Source: Patescibacteria group bacterium
GTDB lineage: Bacteria; Patescibacteriota; Patescibacteriia; UBA10025; JAHIVO01
Length of the DNA stretch: 64,000 nucleotides
Direction: 5' to 3'
Assembly (NCBI GenBank): GCA_041650915.1
Contig: JBAZKE010000001.1
Span: 547,097 to 611,096 of the forward strand
Shown here: piece after piece, positions 27,556 to 35,026 of the stretch
Layout of the letters: every line of letters begins with the position of its first letter
Position numbering within the stretch: position 1 is the first letter of the stretch
Translations under genes and position numbers: made by a program
Notes under the pieces: generated by a model
Database searches by the model: none
What the model was told of the DNA's origin: nothing
Seen by the model: only the letters and a program-made list of their open reading frames with translations

Positions 27556-28965
27556 TTAAGCTGTCGGTAAATTTGGCGGCGGTACTCCTTTTTGTTCTGC
27601 AGGTGGCATGGCAATCCGCCCAAGCCTCTCCGGTGCTTGCTCAAGTGGCAGGTCTATCGGTGCTTGTGCTTTCTTCGAATCAACTTTTTGCACGGACGGT
27701 ACTTTAACGTCGATAATCGGAAAGTGCCATATCGTCGCGAGTTCTTCGATATTGAGAACATAATTTTTCCGTCCCCTCCATAAACTCCGATAGCGGTAAG
27801 ACCAGAGTAGCCGCCGTTTTCTAGCTAATAACCTTGATTTTGCAAATAAAAATTTTGCCCTTGAAAATGTTTTCATATCTGGTCTGAATCCATTTGTATT
27901 CTGCGCGGCAAACTGATGAACAGTTCCGATAACGCCATCGAGTCCTTTTGAAAGCTGGGCGTTCTTTTTTTTTGCTCCGTAAATCATCCGCAGTTTTGAT
28001 TCATATCCAATTTTTGAAATTTTCATTCCTATCGCCTCGACAATATCCCGCTCTGCCGGTGATAAGTGCTGCATTTGGCTTGGCCAGTCCTGTATATTAC
28101 GCTGGCGTTGTGGCCCTTCCATTTCAGTAGGAGGTATTATTGAAGCGGTGAATGATTCTGACAATCCTTTCCCAATTTCTCTCGGAAAATAAAGCCAATC
28201 GGCGACCGATTTTGCGCCATCTTTTTTACCAATAAGTTTATTGATAAGCGATATACCTTTTTGCTTCCAATCTTCTGTGACCGGAGAAATGACTAGCTGA
28301 TACCAAAGATGCTCACCCGGACCCATTCTGCTCAGTATCTCCATGAGAGAAGCCATCGGATCTAAAAACTTTTGTGATAGGCTGTGTTCAAAATTCGGGT
28401 ACGTCTTAATCGGATAAAGATAATTATGGGCAAGCTTGAATTCCGTTCCCCAGACGTCGTATTCGGGATGGGGCAACTCAAGCGGTTTCGGAAGCATATC
28501 GATGTAATCTTCGACTTCCGTGATTTCTGCTTCAGGGTATTGGGCATAAATCGCGGCTTCAACTAGATCTCTGAATTTTACCGGGGTTCGTATTAGAAAT
28601 TGAATATATCCTTCAATGCTGACGATTTCCAGGCTGACCCCGAGCTGAGTTTTCCCTTCGACAAATCTTTCATACAAATCGTACGTTCGAATAAATCCAA
28701 AAATATGCGAAAATATATGTTCGACAGCTTTCGGGCTCTGCTCGTTGCCCCGGGGGATATCAATAGCAAGCAGGACAAAAGGTATTTTTGACTGATACTT
28801 ATTCTGTATATAAAGTACCCAACCTTCCCAACCGCCCCATAGGGAAACGATAATAACTATAATCCAGCCCCCGTGCAAAAATAAAAAAAACATAGCACCA
28901 AAGGGGCTGCCAACATCGGGAAATAAAGTAAGTGCTTGATCTGGTCCTACGACAAATGGATTCAT
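27556..28965 (-). CDS. Conserved membrane-anchored hypothetical protein, partner of the VirD4-like ATPase
   Basis: N-terminal TM; IYAQYPEAEITEVEDY, YPIKTY and LNIEELATIWHFP motifs of the kind seen in CPR proteins next to or fused with this ATPase; 7-nt gap to the ATPase. Confidence 0.7.
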   Translation of the reverse strand: MNPFVVGPDQALTLFPDVGSPFGAMFFLFLHGGWIIVIIVSLWGGWEGWVLYIQNKYQSKIPFVLLAIDIPRGNEQSPKAVEHIFSHIFGFIRTYDLYERFVEGKTQLGVSLEIVSIEGYIQFLIRTPVKFRDLVEAAIYAQYPEAEITEVEDYIDMLPKPLELPHPEYDVWGTEFKLAHNYLYPIKTYPNFEHSLSQKFLDPMASLMEILSRMGPGEHLWYQLVISPVTEDWKQKGISLINKLIGKKDGAKSVADWLYFPREIGKGLSESFTASIIPPTEMEGPQRQRNIQDWPSQMQHLSPAERDIVEAIGMKISKIGYESKLRMIYGAKKKNAQLSKGLDGVIGTVHQFAAQNTNGFRPDMKTFSRAKFLFAKSRLLARKRRLLWSYRYRSLWRGRKNYVLNIEELATIWHFPIIDVKVPSVQKVDSKKAQAPIDLPLEQAPERLGRIAMPPAEQKGVPPPNLPTA

Positions 28966-28980
28966 GTTGATCGTAGTTTG

Positions 28981-30102
28981 CTAGGATGGGACAGCAAGAC
29001 TGTACGTACCATCCTCATTTTTTTTGAATTTTGTTTTATCCGTAAGAGCAAGATGAATCGTATTTTTTTTAACGATTCTTTGTTCGAGCACTTTCTCAAC
29101 AAGCTGCGATCGAGTTAACGATTCGCTAGATCTATTGAGAATGTCAATCAGTACATTGGAAACAACGCCAGGTTTATAACCCCACTCTTTCAGTGCATAG
29201 ATTCCTCGTCCGACGAGAACATATCTGCTGTTGAGAATAAGTTCATTGTGCACCGTGGGCGGATAGGCTTTACGGGTATCAAATTTGACTTCGTTTATTT
29301 TTTGAGCAATCTCTGTAAAGTGCATTGGTTTCCCATGCCGCTTTAAAACCAGATAAATTTTATCATTCATTCTTTTTGGAACAATGCTGCCCCATTCCTT
29401 CAACCCAAATTCATCAAATGGATTTCTTGATATACTATTGCTCATATTCAAGTATGACGTAACAGCTTCCTCGGTAAGCAACTGCGGATTATGTTTAAAT
29501 AAATCTGTTTCCTTAAATTGCGAAAGAATCGAACTTATTGTTGCCGGCTTGCCATTTTTTGCGATAGTATCGAAGAGCGTCTTAATAGAATCTCTTATTA
29601 AATGTATCGGGGCATGAGAAAGCTGCCAGGATTGCTTAAAAACTTCATCGGGTCTTATAGTTTTAAATTTCTTTTTTAAAAGTTCTGAAATAACAAATAA
29701 AATATTTTGCCGGTTCATTTGGCTGTCGCCTACGACCTGTAAAAGTTCAGCGAGCAGATCGTTTTCTTCCATGGCCGCACCGTGTTGTTCGAGAACCGAA
29801 TAAACAGTATTTTCGATCGAAGCGATAAGTTCATTGAAGTTTTTAAGCTGGCTAATTTTTTGTATAGCGGTTTTTTCAATTTGACGAATTCTTTCCCTGG
29901 TAACTTTATAGGTCGCACCGATTTCTTCGAGAGTCTCTTTTTCTTTCCCGAGTAATCCGAATCTGCGACGAAGAACATCTTCTTCGCGTGTAGTAAGGGC
30001 CTTTAAGAGCTGAGAGACGGTATCGCTTGGATTGAACTGCTCGATTTGATTTGTTTTTTTACTGGAGATAACCTTATCCAGTATTGAATTTCCCTCTTCC
30101 AT
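28981..30102 (-). CDS. Sigma-70 region 4 HTH plus C-terminal winged-helix (HARE-HTH-like) protein; not a full sigma factor
   Basis: LTTREEDVLRRRFGL...TLEEIGATYKVTRERIRQIE is region 4; LKRHGKPMHFTEIA...VGRGIYALKEW is wHTH-like; no region 2 seen. Confidence 0.8.
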   Translation of the reverse strand: MEEGNSILDKVISSKKTNQIEQFNPSDTVSQLLKALTTREEDVLRRRFGLLGKEKETLEEIGATYKVTRERIRQIEKTAIQKISQLKNFNELIASIENTVYSVLEQHGAAMEENDLLAELLQVVGDSQMNRQNILFVISELLKKKFKTIRPDEVFKQSWQLSHAPIHLIRDSIKTLFDTIAKNGKPATISSILSQFKETDLFKHNPQLLTEEAVTSYLNMSNSISRNPFDEFGLKEWGSIVPKRMNDKIYLVLKRHGKPMHFTEIAQKINEVKFDTRKAYPPTVHNELILNSRYVLVGRGIYALKEWGYKPGVVSNVLIDILNRSSESLTRSQLVEKVLEQRIVKKNTIHLALTDKTKFKKNEDGTYSLAVPS

Positions 30103-30143
30103 ATAGGTCGTAATAATGCGTGTTCAAACTTAACTACGTGTTT

Positions 30144-30172
30144 AGTATAGCATACTTTTATTATTGTGTCAA
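30144..30172 (-). promoter_or_regulatory. Sigma70 promoter for the sigma4-wHTH / membrane protein / ATPase unit
   Basis: TTGACA-N17-TATACT with TGn extension on the minus strand. Confidence 0.75.
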
Positions 30173-30266
30173 GATAATTCATCGTTGTAACATATTTTTT
30201 AATTTTAAGCAAGTGAACTATGGAAAAAAAAATCGCCCCATTTACGAAACGAATCTAGCAACGTTT

Positions 30267-31172
30267 TTAAATTGTTTTTTTTCGGTTTATAAAATTATGC
30301 CACACAATAAGAAATGGGCTTGCTACAAATATAGAAGAGTACGTTCCGACAATAATACCTACAATGAGGGCTAATGTGAAATTCGCTATAGATTGACCGC
30401 CAAATAAGTAGAGAGCAAGTAAAACAAGCAGAGTTGTTAATGATGTGTTAATTGATCGGATAAGTGTTTGATTAACGCTTTCATTGACTACTTCTTCAAA
30501 AGTTCTTTGGTAGCTAATTTTTAGACGTTCACGTATGCGATCGTAAACAACGATTGTATCATGAACGGAAAATCCTAATATAGTGAGAATTGCGGTAATA
30601 AAAAGCATATCGATTTCCGTGTTGAAAAATTTTCCCATGATTGCAAAAAAACCAATAACGATGGTGATATCATGAAGAAGTGCGAGGGTCGCGCCAAATC
30701 CGTAAACCCAGGATTTCACTGCTCCACTTGCTACTTTTCGAAACGCGAATGAGATATACAGTATGATAAAAATGAGTACTAATACAATTGCAATGATAGC
30801 CCGATTACGGAGCCCTCGTCCGATAGTCGGACCGATTGATTCAAAGCTCTGTTCTGTTACGGATCCGTATTCCTGGTTCAGGTTTTCCAAAATAATTTCT
30901 CGTGCAGAATTATCGATTTCCCTGAGACGCAGCGTCATATCTGTTTCACCGATGGGTTGAACGCGAACAGCTCCATATTGAAGCTTATCGACAGCTTCCT
31001 CGACCGATTGAGCTGCAGGCCGGTCTTGATTGAATTTAACCTGCATGAGAGTACCGCCAGTAAAATCAATGCCAAGTTTCAACCCTCCAGACAAAATCGC
31101 AACTATACTTGTAGCAATCATGATACCGGAGATGGTAAACCAAATTTTTCTATTTTGAATGATTTTAAACAT
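30267..31172 (-). CDS. secF: Protein translocase subunit SecF
   Basis: LGIDFTGGT, IGPTIG, LLHD, GFSVHDTIVVYDRIRE, RSINTS, GTYSSIFVA. Confidence 0.96.
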   Translation of the reverse strand: MFKIIQNRKIWFTISGIMIATSIVAILSGGLKLGIDFTGGTLMQVKFNQDRPAAQSVEEAVDKLQYGAVRVQPIGETDMTLRLREIDNSAREIILENLNQEYGSVTEQSFESIGPTIGRGLRNRAIIAIVLVLIFIILYISFAFRKVASGAVKSWVYGFGATLALLHDITIVIGFFAIMGKFFNTEIDMLFITAILTILGFSVHDTIVVYDRIRERLKISYQRTFEEVVNESVNQTLIRSINTSLTTLLVLLALYLFGGQSIANFTLALIVGIIVGTYSSIFVASPFLIVWHNFINRKKTI

Positions 31173-32853
31173 TTGTACTATTCAGCTTTGATTTTAGTGC
31201 AGGATTTGACCAGCTAAACCAGTGTGGATGTTTTTCGAGCCATTGTGATACTGAAAGTCGCAAAAAAGTTCTGGTAATTGTAATTGCTGAAAACATACTC
31301 ACGACGACACCAATGCCAAGTGTAATTGCAAATCCTTTCATGATACTTGTACCGAACCACGCGAGAATAATGCAGGTGATAATACTTGAAATATTTGAGT
31401 CTCGTATGGATGGCCAGGCGCGATTGAAACCTTCTTCTACTGCTACTTTAAGGGGCTTCCCCGTACGTAGCTCTTCACGGGAACGCTCAAAAATCAATAC
31501 ATTAGCGTCTACTGCCATTCCAATTGATAGGATAAATCCCGCAATACCCGCGAGCGTAAGAGTTATCGGAATCAGCTTAAAAAGGGCAAGAATCAAAAGT
31601 GCGTAAACGATGAGCGCCAATACCGATAATAATCCAGGCAGGCGATAGTATATAATCATGAACAGTGCGACGAGTATAAGCCCTACCAACCCCGCGAAAA
31701 AACTTTTTTGGATTGACTGCTCTCCGAGCGTAGCTCCAATATTTTGTTGTGATACGAGCGTAATCGGTACTGGCAGTGCTCCAGCATTGAGCCGCTGTGC
31801 GAGTAGCTTAGCTTCTTCAAGAGAAAAACTACCGGAAATGACTGCATTTCCATCACGAATAGGTTCATTGACTCGAGGCAGTGAAATTGGAGAGCCATCA
31901 AGGTATATGCCAACAATTTTATTGACATTGCGTTCCGTGATTTGTGAAAATAATTCCTTGCCTTCCGTATCGAATTCGAGTGATACCTGTGGTTCGTTTG
32001 TATTCGGATCAAATGCAACGGCAGACCGGCTAAGATTTTTTCCCGAGAGTTCGGTATTAGCAAAATCTGTATACCCTTCGGTTGATTGCTTGGAAAAAAG
32101 TATATGGCTCGCTTGCGCCTGGTCACCATCAATTGCTGTTTTTTTTATGATGTGGTAGCCAAACTCTGTTTCAACAATCTGCGGATAGACTTCACCAATT
32201 ATAGCTTGGTCAAAAACAGTATTTGCAAATTCTGGCACCATCATATCGCGTGTGAAAAAACCGAGATCTCCGCCTCGTTGTTCGCCAGTATCAGCATCTT
32301 TGTTTCCTGGATCTTGGCTATATTCATTAGCGAGTGCACCAAAATCCGCACCGGGAGCTGTTGCGAGTGCGAGTACACTCTCAGCTTGCTTTTTTGATTC
32401 TTCATTAAGGGTGATTATCGCAGTTTTTTCTTCTTCTGTTGGCTCAACAGTCACTTCTTCTTTAAATTCGAGCAGCGGGGTCTCTCCTATCATTTGAATA
32501 GCTTCAGAAATATTGGTGATGCCTGCAAGTTCAACAATGATGCGCCATTGGCTTCCCGCTTGATTTGTCTGAACAAAAGGTTCCGATACGCCGAAAGCAT
32601 TTACCCGATTTTCTATGACATCACGCACGCCCTCAAGCGCGGCCGCCTTGTCGCTTTCTTCAATTTGTGAGGTGTCCGCATCATATACGAGGTTGGTACC
32701 ACCGAGTAAGTCAAGCCCGAGGTGCACTTTTACCTCACGAAAAAAAGTGCCAATCTTGATATCGGGTCCACTCGGATAGTCAATAAATCCAGCTACAACT
32801 GTTAATACAACGATACCTGCAAATGTAAGCCAAACTTTCTTACGCAAAGTCAT
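31165..32853 (-). CDS. secD: Protein translocase subunit SecD with inserted parvulin (PPIase) domain
   Basis: LGLDLLGG, RVNAFGVSEP, AGALPVP, GMAVDANVLIFER; the insert contains GGDLGFF, MVPEF and ETEFGYHII. Confidence 0.95.
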   Translation of the reverse strand: MTLRKKVWLTFAGIVVLTVVAGFIDYPSGPDIKIGTFFREVKVHLGLDLLGGTNLVYDADTSQIEESDKAAALEGVRDVIENRVNAFGVSEPFVQTNQAGSQWRIIVELAGITNISEAIQMIGETPLLEFKEEVTVEPTEEEKTAIITLNEESKKQAESVLALATAPGADFGALANEYSQDPGNKDADTGEQRGGDLGFFTRDMMVPEFANTVFDQAIIGEVYPQIVETEFGYHIIKKTAIDGDQAQASHILFSKQSTEGYTDFANTELSGKNLSRSAVAFDPNTNEPQVSLEFDTEGKELFSQITERNVNKIVGIYLDGSPISLPRVNEPIRDGNAVISGSFSLEEAKLLAQRLNAGALPVPITLVSQQNIGATLGEQSIQKSFFAGLVGLILVALFMIIYYRLPGLLSVLALIVYALLILALFKLIPITLTLAGIAGFILSIGMAVDANVLIFERSREELRTGKPLKVAVEEGFNRAWPSIRDSNISSIITCIILAWFGTSIMKGFAITLGIGVVVSMFSAITITRTFLRLSVSQWLEKHPHWFSWSNPALKSKLNSTNV

Positions 32854-32941
32854 ACATAAAAAAATACACAGTCAAACGCTACCGTTAGTACTGTCCAGTA
32901 TACCAAAAGAAAGCCACAAAAGCTATCTGTGGATAATCATA

Positions 32942-34342
32942 CTACTCCTGCACGAAAACTCTTGCGCCAATTGGCGTAGCATTATAAAGCCATTCAGCGT
33001 TGGGATACGAAATATTTACACAGCCATGGCTCATTCGGTGCCCAAAATTATTATGCCAATAAGCACCATGGAGCAGTCTTGAGCCGTCGAATCTCATGTT
33101 CCAGAGGGTATTCGGAAGGTAGTAATCCGGTCCGGAATACAGTTTACTGAAAATCTTTTGAGAAATCGTGAAATCACCCGGGAGAGTTGGCGTGCCGGGA
33201 AGCCCGGTGGAAACAAGGAATGTATTGACCAATTCATCGTTATCAAACGCCCACAATCGTTGCTCGGAAAGGTCAACCAGAATTTTATCGACAATGCCAT
33301 CGCCATTTTTACGTCCAGGGACGGCAAGAATTTCGCCATAACCATCTTTATCAATATCGCCTGCAGCGGGAAATATACCGCCTCGAAATTCTGATTCGTA
33401 CGGAAATAAATCATTCTTTAATCTGCCATTTGCTTCAAAAACTTTTATATGAGGGCCGCCGCCGCTGTTAGCTGCCACAATAATTTCATCGTATCCATCT
33501 GCATCCAAGTCTCCGGCGGCAACGTTAACTCCCCTGGTAAATGAATCAGGGAACGCTTTAAATTCAGCGATGATATAATCTTGTTGAACATTTACGATTT
33601 TTATCCAAGCGACATCGCCGGTTTGAACGGCAAACACCAATTCATCACTTCCTCCGTTTACTTCAGCCGAGGCGATGCTTACTCCTCCGGTAAATTCAGG
33701 ATGGAATGGAAAAATATTGGTAGGAAGTTTCTCGCCAAATCTATTAAAAGCGTACACACGAGGTTCTACGCCCGCCGATGGTGCAATTATGATCTCAGGT
33801 AATCCGGCTGCGTCTATATCAGCGACGGCAATGTTGATGCCGGATTTAATCGCAGGATCGAGTGCAAAGAAACCCGGAGTAAAGATTGGCTTGCCATATC
33901 GGTTAAATATCCTTATGTGTGATGCACCATCCGACTTTGGAGCTGTGATAATTTCAGAAAAACCGTCGCCATCCAGATCAGCACATGCTATATTTACCCC
34001 TCCTTTAAAATTTTGTTCATAAGCAAAAAAGCCGGGAGTAAATTTTGGATTTCCAAATGCATCAAAAACTCGAACTTGTGGTCCTCCGCCCAGACCTGCA
34101 CCGAGTACTATTTCTTCATACCCATTACTGTCAAGATTACAAACTGCAATTGAAGCTCCTCCCTGAAAATTGTGCGCGAATCCTAAAAAAGCCCTTTCAA
34201 ATGATAGTGGGTGTGTACTAAAAATTTTAACTTCGGGGCTCCTGAAATCCGTAGCGTACGTGCTCAACGGTAATATAAGAAGAAGGGCTGTGATAAATAT
34301 CGCACACCCTAAGTATATCGTATTTAAGCTAATTTTACCCAT
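32942..34342 (-). CDS. Secreted L,D-transpeptidase (YkuD) with FG-GAP/VCBS repeats
   Basis: N-terminal signal/TM, repeated DxDxDGxxEI motifs, and C-terminal VDLSEQ...VSTG...TLPG...HGAYW...SHGCVN. Confidence 0.88.
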   Translation of the reverse strand: MGKISLNTIYLGCAIFITALLLILPLSTYATDFRSPEVKIFSTHPLSFERAFLGFAHNFQGGASIAVCNLDSNGYEEIVLGAGLGGGPQVRVFDAFGNPKFTPGFFAYEQNFKGGVNIACADLDGDGFSEIITAPKSDGASHIRIFNRYGKPIFTPGFFALDPAIKSGINIAVADIDAAGLPEIIIAPSAGVEPRVYAFNRFGEKLPTNIFPFHPEFTGGVSIASAEVNGGSDELVFAVQTGDVAWIKIVNVQQDYIIAEFKAFPDSFTRGVNVAAGDLDADGYDEIIVAANSGGGPHIKVFEANGRLKNDLFPYESEFRGGIFPAAGDIDKDGYGEILAVPGRKNGDGIVDKILVDLSEQRLWAFDNDELVNTFLVSTGLPGTPTLPGDFTISQKIFSKLYSGPDYYLPNTLWNMRFDGSRLLHGAYWHNNFGHRMSHGCVNISYPNAEWLYNATPIGARVFVQE

Positions 34343-34364
34343 ATTTTTCTTTTTATTTAATTAG

Positions 34365-34393
34365 AGTATAGCATAATTATTATTATTTGTAAA
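34365..34393 (-). promoter_or_regulatory. Sigma70 promoter for the L,D-transpeptidase gene
   Basis: TTTACA-N17-TATACT with TGn extension on the minus strand. Confidence 0.6.
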
Positions 34394-34471
34394 GAAATTG
34401 GTATTCTGAAATAAAAATATTTCTGCTCATGCAGTACTATGCCGTCAGCAAAAAGTATAATTTGTATATGG

Positions 34472-35008
34472 CTAAATTACCGACTGAATTTTTTTCTGCA
34501 ATGATCCTATTGTTTTCTCGATTTTCGGCAAGATTGTTTTATCAGCAAATGATCCGCCATTAGTAAAAGCATTTTTAGCATTCGGAAAGTATAATATTGG
34601 CATAATAATTTTCATTTCCAAATACGTTAAAACGGGGATAAAATTCTCTACTGCTCTTGAACCGCCAAAAGAACCCGAAGATACGCCACAAATTAAAATT
34701 GGTTTATTCTTAAACTCATTTTTTGATCGGTCAAATAAAAGTTTTAATTCACCTGGATATCCGCGGTTATATTCCGGCATTATTAGGAAATAGGCATCAG
34801 CGGCCCGCAATATCAAACGGAGTTTTTTTCCTTCACGATTTTCTTGCCACGGAGGGACTGTAAACGTAACTGGAAATTTTTTTACGTCGAGAATTGATGC
34901 GGATATTCCTTTCCTATTTTTTAGAATATCATATACCGCATGAGCAACTTTTTCTGATTGGCTGCCTTTTCTTCCCGTTCCAAGGATTACTAAGATAGAA
35001 ATTTTCAT
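34472..35008 (-). CDS. NADPH-dependent FMN reductase (flavodoxin-like)
   Basis: GTGRKGSQS, PEYNRGYPGELKLLFD, SSGSFGGSRA. Confidence 0.88.
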   Translation of the reverse strand: MKISILVILGTGRKGSQSEKVAHAVYDILKNRKGISASILDVKKFPVTFTVPPWQENREGKKLRLILRAADAYFLIMPEYNRGYPGELKLLFDRSKNEFKNKPILICGVSSGSFGGSRAVENFIPVLTYLEMKIIMPILYFPNAKNAFTNGGSFADKTILPKIEKTIGSLQKKIQSVI

Positions 35009-35026
35009 TGTGTGATAGAAATAATT

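Noticed and set aside
25851-28965. Integrative conjugative element
   Set aside because: No integrase, relaxase, VirB4, flanking direct repeats or tRNA target; the neighbours are housekeeping genes.
28981-30102. Calling this gene rpoD or an alternative sigma factor
   Set aside because: Only region 4 is present, at the N-terminus; no region 2 core-binding or melting motifs were seen.
32928-32936. Perfect DnaA box (TTATCCACA on the minus strand) upstream of secD as an oriC sign
   Set aside because: It is a single box in an 88-bp gap with no box cluster, no dnaA/dnaN nearby and no strand switch; a regulatory role is possible but unsupported.
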